A stretch of 64,000 nucleotides of DNA from Tolypothrix carrinoi HA7290-LM1 (GTDB taxonomy: Bacteria; Cyanobacteriota; Cyanobacteriia; Cyanobacteriales; Nostocaceae). The position numbers were made by a program, and so were the translations under genes. Below the pieces are notes generated by a model, which saw nothing but the letters and a program-made list of their open reading frames with translations, made no database searches and was not told the origin of the DNA. The stretch covers positions 31,656 to 95,655 of the forward strand of contig JAHHIK010000017.1 of the NCBI GenBank assembly GCA_019358935.1, in the 5' to 3' direction. How positions within the stretch are numbered: position 1 is the first letter of the stretch; the number at the start of each line of letters is the position of its first letter. This document shows, in pieces, positions 1-11,049 of the stretch.

Positions 1-699
1 ACCACGCAAGAAGAAGTAAGTCTGGTTGAGATAACTTTCCCAAACTCGCGTTGTTAGTGACAGTGTTTCTGCATTGGGTACAAAGTCTTCTAGTCGCAAT
101 CCTCGTCTGGTGATATCCGCAGGATTTTGCAACAGGTAGGGTGGAACTTTAATCTCCAGGTTGTTTAATGCTATGGTTGCCACACTTGTATCCACAGCAG
201 GTAGAATGCGCGAGCCGACGACGACATCAGAAATAATTGCATCAGATGATTGCCCCAATGCTACTAGTGTCCCAGATGTTGACGCGAGGCGGTAATTTTC
301 GACAAGACTTGCGATGGAAGGTTCACCCACCATTGCGACAGGCGATCTAACTAAGAAATAGGCAACAGCTGGTGTACTTGCCAATATTAAAATCGTTAAC
401 GCCCAGCCAAGCAAGTATCCGCCTGGTTTGTCTATTCCTCCACCCTTGATTCTTTGAGCTGCAAACATCATCATCAACATTGATGCTCCCAGAGGCTTGA
501 GCGGAAATGACACCACTCTCCACAACGAAGCCACCGCCGGTTCATTCGGGTTAACAAACGACAGCGCCAAAACGAGCAACAAAATAACTACGACCAATCG
601 TCCGGCAAAAGTTCCTGAGGGATAAAATCTCTGGAACAAAGAATAGACGATTGTACCAACAAGCAGCCACAGAAGTACCCGGCTTAACAGTAGAAACAT
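1..699 (-). CDS. Membrane protein, probably YdcF/DUF218 family (partial; runs off the window start)
   Basis: Not in the ORF track. My translation from ATG at 699 reads MFLLLSRVLLWLLVGTIVYSLFQRFYPSGTFAGRLVVVILLLVLALSFVNPNEPAVASLWRVVSFPLKPLG..., with several hydrophobic helices resembling cyanobacterial YdcF-family N-termini. Confidence 0.6.
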   Translation of the reverse strand, partial: MFLLLSRVLLWLLVGTIVYSLFQRFYPSGTFAGRLVVVILLLVLALSFVNPNEPAVASLWRVVSFPLKPLGASMLMMMFAAQRIKGGGIDKPGGYLLGWALTILILASTPAVAYFLVRSPVAMVGEPSIASLVENYRLASTSGTLVALGQSSDAIISDVVVGSRILPAVDTSVATIALNNLEIKVPPYLLQNPADITRRGLRLEDFVPNAETLSLTTRVWESYLNQTYFFLRG

Positions 700-1231
700 A
701 CATTTACTCTCAAATCTTCGCTTTGCGGTGAGCGCTAGTTTGGTGAGTACACCACTGCGGAGGAAAACCTGACGCAGGTTAGTAGGCACGAACCCCTAAG
801 GGTCAGCCTAGAGGTTTTGGGCAGTTGATTGATTTTATTGTCAAATTGTAAGCACATTGTTACCTGACTACAAATACATCACAACGTCACTCCCCAAGAA
901 CGGGGGTGACTCCCCTCACACAAAGACTACCGTCGTAGTGATTTTAGAGCAATTTTGTGATATTGGACGCAGTATTTATAATTTTTCAGTCAAATTAAGT
1001 ATGTTCGCTGAAAATTTTTGCGATTGAGAAGGATAAAGTTAAGACTCCACCGAAGTTGTGGAGGATTTGAAGTAAAATGCTTTGCTTAATTTTTTTCTCC
1101 ACAAATAAGTCTGGAGGTAAGCAAGCAGCTATGAAAGATAAAAAAGTTCATCATTCATGCTTTCTTCCAACAGTCATCTGCCATTAGTAAATTAAATTAA
1201 TTAAGTGGTTGTGAAATTAAACATGAAAACT

Positions 1232-2230
1232 ATGTCGTCGGAAAAGCCCTGTATTTTGGTAACTGGGGGAGCTGGATATATTGGCTCTCATACGGTGCTT
1301 GCTTTATTGCAGGCGGGATATGAGGTGATAATACTCGATAATCTGGTATATGGGCATCGCGATCTCGTAGAAAAGGTTTTACAGGTAGAACTGATAGAGG
1401 GAGATACAGGCGATCGCCCTTTGTTAGATAACTTATTCTCTACCCGCAATATTGCCGCAGTTATGCACTTTTCTGCCTACGCCTATGTGGGAGAATCGGT
1501 TACTGACCCGGCAAAATACTACCGCAATAATGTTGTCGGTACTTTAACGCTGTTAGAAGCAATGCTGGCAGCTTCTATTAAGAAATTTGTCTTTTCTTCC
1601 ACTTGTGCCACTTATGGTGTACCGGAAGTTGTCCCAATTCCCGAAGACCATCCCCAAAATCCAATTAATCCCTACGGTGCTACTAAGTTGATGGTAGAAC
1701 GGATTCTTTCTGACTTTGATACGGCTTACGATTTCAAATCAGTACGTTTCCGCTACTTTAACGCTGCTGGTGCCGATCCTCAGGGTCGCTTGGGTGAAGA
1801 TCACAATCCAGAAACTCATTTAATTCCTTTGGTGTTACAGACAGCTTTAGGCAAACGCGAATTTATCTCAATTTTTGGCACTGATTATCCCACGCCTGAT
1901 GGTACTTGTATTCGCGATTATATTCACGTAAACGATTTAGCAGACGCTCATGTTTTGGGATTGAAATATCTCTTAGACGGTGGTGACAGTGAAGTTTTCA
2001 ATTTAGGCAATGGTAACGGCTTCTCAGTCAAAGAAGTTATTGAAACAGCCAAGCTTGTCACAGGACGTGAAATTCCCGTCAAAGAATGCGATCGCCGTCC
2101 TGGAGATCCACCATCACTCATCGGTAGCGGTGACAAAGCCAGAAAAATCCTAAACTGGCAACCTCAATATTCATCTTTGAAAGATATTCTCGTTCACTCC
2201 TGGCAGTGGCATCAGCAAAGGCATAAATAG
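1232..2230 (+). CDS. galE: UDP-glucose 4-epimerase
   Basis: [11 protein letters not shown]ossmann motif, [14 protein letters not shown] catalytic Yxxx[21 protein letters not shown]. Confidence 0.95.
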   Translation: MSSEKPCILVTGGAGYIGSHTVLALLQAGYEVIILDNLVYGHRDLVEKVLQVELIEGDTGDRPLLDNLFSTRNIAAVMHFSAYAYVGESVTDPAKYYRNNVVGTLTLLEAMLAASIKKFVFSSTCATYGVPEVVPIPEDHPQNPINPYGATKLMVERILSDFDTAYDFKSVRFRYFNAAGADPQGRLGEDHNPETHLIPLVLQTALGKREFISIFGTDYPTPDGTCIRDYIHVNDLADAHVLGLKYLLDGGDSEVFNLGNGNGFSVKEVIETAKLVTGREIPVKECDRRPGDPPSLIGSGDKARKILNWQPQYSSLKDILVHSWQWHQQRHK

Positions 2231-2372
2231 GGAATGGGGAATTGGGCATTGGGCATGGGGCATTGGGCATTGGGCATTGGGCATTGGGCATTGGGCATTG
2301 GGCATTGGGCATTGGGCATTGGTAAAATTCCTCTCCCCCTGCCCCCCCTGCCCCCCTGCCCCTTGTCCCCTC
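2229..2372. repeat. STRR-type heptamer tandem repeats (GGGCATT)n followed by a C-rich repeat
   Basis: About 12 tandem GGGCATT/GGGCATG units between convergent genes. Confidence 0.9.
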
Positions 2373-2991
2373 ATCTCCTCCGTTGCAGTACGACAAATAT
2401 GATGCCTCCTGCTGCAAGAGCTGATAAAGCGATCGCTATTGGTATAAACCCGCTTTTTTTATCTTCTACGGCATCATTGACATTTTGGATATTTTGTGTT
2501 TCTGTAGCTGATGCTGAACCGGCAGCGACAGTGACTTCAAAGTTTAACTTAAACGGTCGGAAACTTTCCCCAGATGCAGGTTTGCCGCTGAGTTGTAGCA
2601 GATAAGCTCCGGGCTTGGGGAATGTAATTTCTGAACCGGGAATGCCTTTATAACGCTCGGCGGTAATGGCTTGCAAGGATGGCTCAAGCAGTGCTGGCTC
2701 TTTTGGTGAATGAGGTTCAGCGTAAACAGCCAACTGGCAATTACACTCTTTCAAGGGGATAACCTTTCCACCTTTACGGGTGAGAGCAATCCAAACTTGG
2801 GAAGGTTCTCCAGCACGAGGATTATCGTTTGGTTGAATGTGGAGCGTACCGCCAACATCTGCCGCTGTTTTGACGTTATGAGCAGAGGCTACAAAGGCAG
2901 AAGGCAAAAGGCAGAAGGCAGAAGGTAGAAGGCAGAAGGCATAAGGCAGAAGGTAAGAAACCTTTTTCATACTTGGTGGCGATTTTTTCAT
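2371..2991 (-). CDS. Exported hypothetical protein with C-terminal membrane anchor
   Basis: Signal peptide ending ASA-H, soluble domain [18 protein letters not shown]-terminal TM helix followed by RRR. Confidence 0.75.
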   Translation of the reverse strand: MKKSPPSMKKVSYLLPYAFCLLPSAFCLLPSAFVASAHNVKTAADVGGTLHIQPNDNPRAGEPSQVWIALTRKGGKVIPLKECNCQLAVYAEPHSPKEPALLEPSLQAITAERYKGIPGSEITFPKPGAYLLQLSGKPASGESFRPFKLNFEVTVAAGSASATETQNIQNVNDAVEDKKSGFIPIAIALSALAAGGIIFVVLQRRR

Positions 2992-3121
2992 CGCGTCTGC
3001 CTCCCGAAACATGAGGTGCAGTCTCTTGTAAAATGTTCCCAGGTTGAACCTGGGAACAAGAGCAAGGCTGAACCTGGGAACGGATATGATTTACCGCGAC
3101 TTGGTTGGGGTGTCGTAGGCA

Positions 3122-4342
3122 TCATGAGCGAATTTTCAATTTTGAATTGGAATTTTGAATTTTTGATGGTGGGTTTCGCCAACGCAACAGCAATACACCG
3201 AAAGTGACAATTCCTACAAGCACTGTTGCTAATTTATTTGCCCAAGTTAATTGTAAAGAGCCGAGGTAATGGGAACCAATTAGCACAGTATGAATGCCAC
3301 TAAAAAGCAAAGCTGGTAAGCTTAATAAATGAATTTGTCGCCAACGCTTGCCTAAGGACTTTTGCAAAGAGTCAAAACTTGTCAAAGCTGCGGGAGTCAT
3401 CAATATCAGTGCTACAGCACCTATAGCTATACCCCACTGAAAATCAGGTGGCAAAAAGAAGAAAGCGGCAAAATTCCATTGCAGTGTGTGTTCTATCATG
3501 TGGACTGTGTGAGCCAAAGACAAAACAAAAGCCCCTACTCCCAAAGCACGACGGTAACGCATGGGTGCTGCCCATAAGCTGCTAATCGGACGGGCAATTA
3601 ATGCCATTATTAAGCATATCAAGGCAGCGTGTCCGGTGTAGTCTACCATTGTGTTGCCAGTCCGCAACAGAGTAATAGCACCAATGGCGAGAGTAACCCA
3701 ACCACCTAAGCGAAATAGCTGACTGCGTTTGTCTTGACTTACCAAAGATGCAGACACACCTACACCTAACATCATGGGTAAAGTTCCCAAACCAAAAGCC
3801 AGCATAGTTGCTGCCCCCATCCACAAATTACCAGTTTCCGCAGCTTTAATTTGGGCAGCATACAAAAAACCACAAGGCATCAAACCCCATGTCATGCCTA
3901 AAAGTGCTGGTGTCCACCATCTTGATTTTAAAGAAAGTTTGACCATTTCTTTATTTAGGCGATCGCGTAATTTACCCTGCAACAAAGGATGTAACATCGG
4001 TATACGCGGCAATAAGTCGGGTTTTATTTGTCTTAACCCAAACCATATCAGCATCAACCCGGTGATAATTGCCATCCATCGGCGTAAATCGCTACCCACT
4101 CCCGCAAATTTTCCACTAGCGAGCAACACCGAACCCAGCGCCCCAATGCCCGCACCTACTAAGGCATAACTCAACATCCGCCCCAAGTTCAGCAATGTAT
4201 GAAATTTTAATTGCTGTCGCCAATTAAGAGTTTCTTGTTTATTAGATAGGGAAAATGCCACCGATAAAGGACCGCACATCCCCACGCAATGACCAAAACT
4301 CCCCAGGAATCCTAAAACGACAATGAGCAACAAATCTAGCAT
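3122..4342 (-). CDS. DsbD_2/TauE-SafE-like (UreH-type) membrane protein fused to a ferric-reductase-like (MsrQ-type) TM domain
   Basis: GHCVGMCGP and GLMPCGFLY motifs; C-terminal RRALGV...H...LTS...WRQIH typical of ferric reductase TM domains. Confidence 0.8.
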   Translation of the reverse strand: MLDLLLIVVLGFLGSFGHCVGMCGPLSVAFSLSNKQETLNWRQQLKFHTLLNLGRMLSYALVGAGIGALGSVLLASGKFAGVGSDLRRWMAIITGLMLIWFGLRQIKPDLLPRIPMLHPLLQGKLRDRLNKEMVKLSLKSRWWTPALLGMTWGLMPCGFLYAAQIKAAETGNLWMGAATMLAFGLGTLPMMLGVGVSASLVSQDKRSQLFRLGGWVTLAIGAITLLRTGNTMVDYTGHAALICLIMALIARPISSLWAAPMRYRRALGVGAFVLSLAHTVHMIEHTLQWNFAAFFFLPPDFQWGIAIGAVALILMTPAALTSFDSLQKSLGKRWRQIHLLSLPALLFSGIHTVLIGSHYLGSLQLTWANKLATVLVGIVTFGVLLLRWRNPPSKIQNSNSKLKIRS

Positions 4343-4591
4343 TTTGATAGTGGTTAGTTGTTATTGGTTAGTTGATAGTGGTTGGTTGTTGGTTGATAGT
4401 GGTTAGTTGATAGTAGGAGCGTTGTTAGTGGGGCAATTAACAATTAACCTTTAACAATACTTAATCGCTTGTCAAAAGACGAGGCGTCAAACTTGCTTGG
4501 GAATGAGCGCAATTGTTGTAAGTAGCGGTAATTCATGAATTACCGCTACGCTATCCTATGTCAAAAGACAAGGGAATAAGGAAGAGATTTT

Positions 4592-5611
4592 ATGAAAAAA
4601 TGGATTTGGCTGCTGCTGGTGCTGTTTGTGGCAGTTGTAGTGATGGGTATTGGCGTGTTTTTTCACCCCAAAGAAGAGACACCAGTTGTTGCAACTACGC
4701 GAGTGGAAATATCCCAAAAGTTATCAAAGCAGGTGACGATCGCTCCCCAAGTATCTGCTGACAGGTTATTTGCTCACATTCAAAAGTTGAATTTTAAGCG
4801 CTTCACAGATGTAGAGCGATCGCGTTCTCGTAGTTACATTACATCTGAACTGAAAAAGTTAGGCTGGAAACCAACGTTAGAAAAATTCTCCTCTGGTGTG
4901 AATATCTTTGCAGAACGCCAAGGAACTGACAACACAGCAGGAGCAATTCTCGTTGCCGCACATTACGATACCGTTGCTATCTCTCCTGGTGCTGATGACA
5001 ACGCTAGTGGTGTGGCTGTGGTGCTGGAAGTTGCTAGACTTCTCGGTTCGCGTCCGACTCCCAGAACATTACAGCTAGCATTGTTTGACAAGGAAGAAGA
5101 GGGACTTCTGGGTAGTAAGGCTTTTGTCACAAACGTGACACACTTGGCAAATCTGCGCGGTGCGATCATTATGGATATGGTAGGTTATGCTTGCTACACT
5201 GCCGGATGTCAGCAGTATCCACCGGGTTTACCTGTTAGTCCACCCAGCGACAAGGGCGATTTTTTGGCAGCGATCGGCGATGCAGAACACTTGCCTTTAC
5301 TTAATGCTTTTCAAAACTCACAGTTACCACCAAGTCCTATAAAAAAGGGGGATGTGAAAATGCCAGCATTGCTAAAGCTGGCAGTTCCCCTTAAAGGCTG
5401 GCTAACACCGGATACGCTACGCAGCGATCATGCACCATTTTGGTTTCAGGGAGTGGGTGCAGTGTTAGTGACAGATACCGCAAATTTACGTACTCCGCAC
5501 TACCACCAAGCTAGCGATACACCGAAAACAATCGAGCGATCGTTTTTCACAGGTTCGGCGCAGATTGTGGTGAATGCTACTACTGTGCTGTTAGGCGATC
5601 GCACGTTTTGA
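4592..5611 (+). CDS. M28 family metallopeptidase
   Basis: AHYD, GADDNASG, FDKEEEG, DMVG, SDH and YH motifs; N-terminal TM/signal segment. Confidence 0.9.
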   Translation: MKKWIWLLLVLFVAVVVMGIGVFFHPKEETPVVATTRVEISQKLSKQVTIAPQVSADRLFAHIQKLNFKRFTDVERSRSRSYITSELKKLGWKPTLEKFSSGVNIFAERQGTDNTAGAILVAAHYDTVAISPGADDNASGVAVVLEVARLLGSRPTPRTLQLALFDKEEEGLLGSKAFVTNVTHLANLRGAIIMDMVGYACYTAGCQQYPPGLPVSPPSDKGDFLAAIGDAEHLPLLNAFQNSQLPPSPIKKGDVKMPALLKLAVPLKGWLTPDTLRSDHAPFWFQGVGAVLVTDTANLRTPHYHQASDTPKTIERSFFTGSAQIVVNATTVLLGDRTF

Positions 5612-5980
5612 TACTCCTTGATGAAATTTAGAACTTTCAAAGCCTTATTGTGCGGTATTAAATTGCTGTATGCTATCGCTCTTCGGGTTGGAGGTATAGC
5701 GATCGCTTGCTGCTGGCTAACAGAAATTATACCCGTCTTAACACCCCTCCTTTTTCGCAATTCCCTTGCACCGCATTGGCTCCAAAGAAGTGTCTACTCG
5801 TACCAATTTCTGACATTACACGAAAATGCCCTTACGTGTAATTGCATTTTGGAGACAAAATATATGTAGATAGAGTTGCCAAGACTGAGGATCTCTCCTT
5901 CTCATAAATGAATGGATGATTCCTAAACAGTGCAGCAACGCCTTGTTAGCCCTCATATGAACTTCTATCAAAACGTACCT

Positions 5981-7348
5981 CTAATTCACTCTAGTTGCCA
6001 TACGCTCTCCTCCACCCCGATCTAGTTCACCTTGATGTAAGATTACACCTGATGCCTTGCCTGTCTCATCTACTAAGAATGTGCGTTGAGCGTTTATCAC
6101 CTTCAAAAAAAACTTTGTTGAGGACTCCGGAAACATTTCAACTCGTTCAAGTCCAGCCCATTGAGTAAAAATGCGATTAGACTCTTTTGTAACGGTCATG
6201 ACCAATCCTGACTCTAGCTCATATTGCCCTATGTAGGCATCATAAATGGCAGGATCAAGTTCAATCACTTGCCGTTGCTTAGGCAGATCGTAAGGTTCAC
6301 CAAACAAAATGGCAGCTAAATCATTCGCAATAGGTACAACTGGTGCTACTACTGCTGCGTCAATGTTAGTAAGCACAATAATAGAAATTTGCTCATCTGG
6401 ATATCTAGCAATGCGAGTGCTGAAGCCATCAATCCCGCCACCAGTGTACAGAAGTTTGCGTTCTAAGTGGGTACATATAATTCCGCCATAACCGTGGTAA
6501 GCTCCTTTGCCGTCTTCTTTTTCAAGAATCACGACCTTTGGTGTAAACATCATTTCTCTGAAGTTGGCGCTCAATACTGCATCGGTATAAAGCCCTTGTT
6601 CCCACTTATAAAGATCTTCAATCGTTGAGTACATTCCTCCAGCACCCGATGGCCATGACATATCGACAAAATCTGCATTTTGATAGGCAACACCAGAGAA
6701 AACATAGCCCGAAGCTCGATGGGGCAAAATCGCCTCTTGCCGATCATAGCCTGAGTCAACCATTCCTAAAGGCTCAAGAATCTGGTGTTGCAGATAATCG
6801 GCGTAGGAGTGAGCGGAGACTGTTTCAATAATCTTGGTGAGTACCACGTAGCCAGAGTTGGTGTAGCGGTAGCGTTCACCTGGCGTAAACTCTAGTGGTT
6901 TACCACTAAACCGGGCAATCAAATCATCCAAGGTAACCTTGATTTTTGTTATCTGCTCGAAGTTATCAAGTTCATTGAAGTTAGGAATCCCTGAAGTGTG
7001 GTTGAGGAGTTGATGGATGGTAATTTGCTCACCGTTAGGGTAGTCGGGCAAATAAGTTGAAATCTTTTGATGCACCGATAGCAAACCTTGCTCCTGAAGT
7101 TGCAGAATTGCTGTCGCGGTGAACTGCTTGGTAATGGAACCGATGCGAAACTTTGTCAGAGGTGTATTGGGAACATCATGTTCCAGGTTAGCCATGCCGT
7201 AGCCTGCACTCAACAGTACTTCACCTGCACGGGCAACCAATACCGATCCCATAAAGTAGCGATTTGCCAGACATGCTTGTAGATAAGCTGTCATCTCGTC
7301 TGCAATAGTTTGATTACTAGAGGGTGACTGACTTACTTGCTCGACCAT
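5981..7348 (-). CDS. Serine hydrolase (beta-lactamase/AmpC-like) with DUF3471-like C-terminal domain
   Basis: FRIGSITK (SxxK), LLNHTSG, YRYTNSGY (YxN); C-terminal YDAYIGQYEL domain. Confidence 0.9.
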   Translation of the reverse strand: MVEQVSQSPSSNQTIADEMTAYLQACLANRYFMGSVLVARAGEVLLSAGYGMANLEHDVPNTPLTKFRIGSITKQFTATAILQLQEQGLLSVHQKISTYLPDYPNGEQITIHQLLNHTSGIPNFNELDNFEQITKIKVTLDDLIARFSGKPLEFTPGERYRYTNSGYVVLTKIIETVSAHSYADYLQHQILEPLGMVDSGYDRQEAILPHRASGYVFSGVAYQNADFVDMSWPSGAGGMYSTIEDLYKWEQGLYTDAVLSANFREMMFTPKVVILEKEDGKGAYHGYGGIICTHLERKLLYTGGGIDGFSTRIARYPDEQISIIVLTNIDAAVVAPVVPIANDLAAILFGEPYDLPKQRQVIELDPAIYDAYIGQYELESGLVMTVTKESNRIFTQWAGLERVEMFPESSTKFFLKVINAQRTFLVDETGKASGVILHQGELDRGGGERMATRVN

Positions 7349-7673
7349 GAAGACTCACGCCCGATTACGACCTAAATATTATATCCGTCTACGTAAAAAC
7401 TAAAAAGATTATGACTAGCATTTGCGCTCCTTACCAGGTTAAGGAGCGTAGGGCACGAAAGAGCCATTTCGTATAATGGACGTTACGATCGCAATGCTTG
7501 CTCACCAAATGTCAAACGAGTTATGAGAAGAACTGTTCTCATTAGTGGTTTTGTAGCTTTACCCGTCTGTTAATATTGCAATCATTCGTCAAATTTTCTT
7601 TCTTCATATTTAAAATCTGCAACGCCCTAAACTTCGCTGCTGTGTCCCCACCTTATATTTGCCCGTGTCCGAT

Positions 7674-8306
7674 TCATTGAGGAGTAACCAGTGGTGAAGT
7701 CTCGTTCCATCTGCCGGAGAAAACAAAATTTTCTAACGGCTTACGAGTGCGCGGGGCTAAGGTTCGTTGCAACAGTTTTTCAGATAGGGTTTGCGGATCT
7801 CCTATATAACCTAGTGCGATCGCTGCCACTGGCTCATAACCTTCAGGAATGCTGTACAGCGATCGCGATAAAGGTACATCAAATCCCGCCATTTGGTGAA
7901 TAAATAGCCCCAATGCCGTTGCTTGCATCGCTAGTTGAGCTGCTGCTGCCCCAACATCATGAAAAGCGTGTCGATTTTCCACGCCGTTGCGCTCAAACTG
8001 TAGCTTCGCCACTGATAGCATTAATACTGGGGCAGTCTTTGCCCACTCTTGATTACCTTCTGCTAAACAGCTTAATAAACGGTCAAATTCAGCCTGGTTA
8101 TCCTTAGTTGCAACGATAAAACTCCACGGCTGCTCGTTGTAAGAAGAAGCCGCCCATCGTGCAGCTTCTAACACACTGCGTAATTTTTCTGGTTCAACCG
8201 ATTTTTCTGAAAAAGCTAGAGGACTCCAGCGTGTTGATAACAAATCATCAATCGGATATTGAGTATCAGATGATTTGTTGACTCCAAGATTATCAAGTGT
8301 TGTCAT
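7674..8306 (-). CDS. Nitroreductase family protein
   Basis: RWSPLAF, ARWAASSYNEQPW, HQMAGFD, RTRKPL. Confidence 0.9.
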   Translation of the reverse strand: MTTLDNLGVNKSSDTQYPIDDLLSTRWSPLAFSEKSVEPEKLRSVLEAARWAASSYNEQPWSFIVATKDNQAEFDRLLSCLAEGNQEWAKTAPVLMLSVAKLQFERNGVENRHAFHDVGAAAAQLAMQATALGLFIHQMAGFDVPLSRSLYSIPEGYEPVAAIALGYIGDPQTLSEKLLQRTLAPRTRKPLENFVFSGRWNETSPLVTPQ

Positions 8307-8316
8307 TGTTTTGTCC

Positions 8317-9129
8317 TCACGTTTCTAGCTTGCGACCAACCATATACCACAAACCCACGGCATAGGGAATGTAACTGAGTTCTGTAAAACCTGCTTTCGC
8401 AAACTCATACTCGAAGTTGAAATGGATAAAGTCATCCAACCACGGTTCTTCAAAAGAAGCGCTCAAAGCGTATTCACCACGAAAGGTGTCAGCGTATAGT
8501 ACCCAACCTCCGGGTTTGGTAATCCGGTACATCTCCTTAAGAATCTTAGGTGTCCACTCTTTAGGTGTCTCGTGAAAGAGTAGTGATGACGTGACAAGAT
8601 CGAAGGAGTTGTCAGGGTAGCCAGTGTGACGGGCATCCACCTGCTCGAACTTAGCCCGCTCGCTAAATCCAGCCTTGTTAAACTTGTGCTGGCTAATCAC
8701 CAGCATGTAAGGCGAAACATCAGTAACGCGAAAAGTGGCTTGTGGAAACCGCCGTGCCAGAGCCAGCGCTCCTTCAGCCGTACCTGCACCAAGCTCTAGC
8801 ACCGTATCAATTTGAGTGTCTTGAGGAATTAGTTCAGCCATTTTCTCGCGCAAAGAATGGCAACTAACATTGTGGCTGAGGGGAATAATAACATCCATAG
8901 CAGCATCCCAGCCTAAACACATCTGAGGGTTAGTGTAGCCATCAGTTACGCCATGAATGGGAGCGTGGATGTAGTCAGGGTAATATTCATGGTCGGTACG
9001 GTAGCCTTTGAGTTCCTCTGCCCAATTAATTGAGGCATATTCCTGCATTACTGAGGGCATCGCTGCGTTAATACGTCGAATCACCTCGGTTCGATACGCT
9101 TGTTTGTCCTGTGCGGTCTTTCTCGGCAT
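8317..9129 (-). CDS. Class I SAM-dependent methyltransferase
   Basis: VLELGAGT motif I, DVSPYML, FDLVTSSLLFHE, KPGG. Confidence 0.85.
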   Translation of the reverse strand: MPRKTAQDKQAYRTEVIRRINAAMPSVMQEYASINWAEELKGYRTDHEYYPDYIHAPIHGVTDGYTNPQMCLGWDAAMDVIIPLSHNVSCHSLREKMAELIPQDTQIDTVLELGAGTAEGALALARRFPQATFRVTDVSPYMLVISQHKFNKAGFSERAKFEQVDARHTGYPDNSFDLVTSSLLFHETPKEWTPKILKEMYRITKPGGWVLYADTFRGEYALSASFEEPWLDDFIHFNFEYEFAKAGFTELSYIPYAVGLWYMVGRKLET

Positions 9130-9335
9130 AAATGAACATCTCCTACTTACACTGGTTGCTTAGTTCCGTTGACTCCAGGAGTGGGAACAAGAAATAAACT
9201 GCATTCTCCAATATAGTTTAGTATCTTTTTTGTATGAGATGCTCCCGGATGCTTGGCAGACTGTTAGTCGTGAAGATGATGCCACACATGGATGCGTAGT
9301 TTCCCCAACTTTGGGTCTAGTAAGATGCGTAAGTC

Positions 9336-9923
9336 CTACATTATTTGTAATTGCTCGTAATCATCGGGCGTATCAATATCAATCTTCCCTTGCAAGAAAG
9401 GAATAGAAGTAACTTGGTTGATGTATTTCTTTATTATCTGCTTGGCACCTTCCCCTTGTTTAAGGTTCGTCAGTTTTGAAAAAAAAGTATGGTGAAATAA
9501 AGCTGGTACGCCTAATGTGTCTGCATATTCGCAAGCAACGATCGCTTTATCTGTCAAACGATATGCTTCTACAAGTTGATTGATAACTTGCACAGAAACA
9601 AAAGGCTGATCGCAAAGTGCAATCACTACTGCTTCTACATTTTGCCCCAAAGCCTTTACACCAGCTTGAATTGAAGAACTCATCCCCGAAGCCCATTGAA
9701 GATTTTCTACAATTTGCACGGGTAGTTGACAAATCTCCGGTTTTATGATTTCAGCATTTGCCCCAAGTACGACGATGACGGGTTGGTTTTTGGAGGCGAT
9801 CGCTACTTCTGTTATATGACGAAGCAAGCTGCTTTTATGATACGGTAACAATTGTTTTGGTTTGCCCATGCGCGTTGATGCACCCGCTGCAAGGATGATG
9901 ATGCCAATAGTGGGGTTTGTCAT
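9336..9923 (-). CDS. mocA: Molybdenum cofactor cytidylyltransferase-like nucleotidyltransferase (MocA family)
   Basis: ILAAGASTRMGKPKQLL, GMSSSI, LCDQP, IDIDTPDDY; an xdhC gene lies nearby. Confidence 0.8.
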   Translation of the reverse strand: MTNPTIGIIILAAGASTRMGKPKQLLPYHKSSLLRHITEVAIASKNQPVIVVLGANAEIIKPEICQLPVQIVENLQWASGMSSSIQAGVKALGQNVEAVVIALCDQPFVSVQVINQLVEAYRLTDKAIVACEYADTLGVPALFHHTFFSKLTNLKQGEGAKQIIKKYINQVTSIPFLQGKIDIDTPDDYEQLQIM

Positions 9924-10007
9924 CTTGAATGCCAAAAGATTAAATATAACTTCGTAGTCAGCGCTTCAGCGCTGAAGCGCTAACTACAACGAGATGCAAA
10001 ATCACAC

Positions 10008-10061
10008 TTGACATTTAAGCGAATGCTTAATTAATATTATATTTAAGCTAATACTTAAATA
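10008..10061 (+). promoter_or_regulatory. Promoter with two palindromic putative ArsR operators
   Basis: TTGACA at 10008; TTAAGC-gaat-GCTTAA (10015-10030) and TATTTAAG-ctaata-CTTAAATA (10040-10061) directly upstream of the ArsR gene. Confidence 0.65.
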
Positions 10062-10109
10062 ACGAGGAAAACATCTGGAAGCTTGGTACACGAAGCATCG
10101 AAAATCGGT

Positions 10110-10433
10110 ATGAGTAGACATGCTGCCAGTGCGGATATATTTATGGCGATCGCCGATCCTACTCGACGAGCGTTATTAGATCAATTGCGTAGTGGTGAGC
10201 AACCCGTCAAAGAGTTGGCTGAACCATTTGCCATGAGCTTACCAGCCATATCTCAGCACTTGCAGATACTTTGTGAAGCTGGCTTAGTCCAAATGCGGAA
10301 AGCAGGACGACAGCGTTTGTATCGGCTCAACCCGGAACCACTAAAGCAGATATCTGACTGGATTGCCCATTACGAGCATTTCTGGCAAGAAAAACTCAAT
10401 GCCCTTGGCACCTATCTGGAGGAGGAATCATGA
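10110..10433 (+). CDS. ArsR/SmtB family transcriptional regulator (SRPBCC-associated type)
   Basis: FMAIADPTRRALL, SLPAISQHLQIL, GRQRLYRL. Confidence 0.9.
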   Translation: MSRHAASADIFMAIADPTRRALLDQLRSGEQPVKELAEPFAMSLPAISQHLQILCEAGLVQMRKAGRQRLYRLNPEPLKQISDWIAHYEHFWQEKLNALGTYLEEES

Positions 10434-10999
10434 TTGGATTGAATATGGAAGTTTTCTACGCATATCCACCGCAACGAGTTTGGCAAGTAATTACTAACCG
10501 TCAAGCGCTGGCAGCGTGGCTGATGGAAAACGACTTTCAGCCGCGTGTCGGACACAAATTTCGATTTCAGCATTCGACACTACCAGGAATAGACGGAAGC
10601 ATTGATTGCGAAGTAATTGAACTCGATGAACCAAAGCGGCTTTCTTACACTTGGCAAGACAAATTGATGCATCAGCCATCAATTGTTACTTGGACGCTAA
10701 CACCTGTTGATGGCGGAACTCGACTACAACTAAAACATCAAGTATTGCAGCATGAAACTATCAAATTAGATCAGCCACAGCATTCTGTGGAAACTTGGCA
10801 AAGTCAATTTACACACAAGTCAAATACAGTAACTCAGACATTATTAGCGCCTAGCAATCGCACTAGCTTATCTCAGTCAATAGCCGTCGGTAGATATGAG
10901 CTATTAAATAGCATAATTCTCGATTCCTTTTTGAATAATGGTTGGAACTACAAGCTAAAAGAAATACTACCACAAATCTTAAGTAATTCAAAACCGTAG
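10430..10999 (+). CDS. SRPBCC/AHA1-domain protein
   Basis: PQRVWQVIT...LAAW, FQPRVGHKFRF, PKRLSYTW, GGTRLQLKH; ATGA overlap with the ArsR gene. Confidence 0.85.
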   Translation: MIGLNMEVFYAYPPQRVWQVITNRQALAAWLMENDFQPRVGHKFRFQHSTLPGIDGSIDCEVIELDEPKRLSYTWQDKLMHQPSIVTWTLTPVDGGTRLQLKHQVLQHETIKLDQPQHSVETWQSQFTHKSNTVTQTLLAPSNRTSLSQSIAVGRYELLNSIILDSFLNNGWNYKLKEILPQILSNSKP

Positions 11000-11049
11000 T
11001 AAGCACAAAGCGTGCTTAAAAAACATTTCAATTTGGGGAGTTAGCAAAC

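Noticed and set aside
886..911. IS605 end-like hairpin GTCACTCCCC..GGGGGTGAC
   Set aside because: No TCAA terminus or associated element; may be a simple hairpin.
2118..2605. ORFs such as MPNAQCP.../MGNWALG... (also at 17572-17932, 28616-29300, 57712-57960, 60731-61197 and 63216-63674)
   Set aside because: These are translations of STRR heptamer tracts.
9255..9335. Transposase fragment (DPKLGKLRIHVWHHLH on the minus strand)
   Set aside because: Too short to support without a search.
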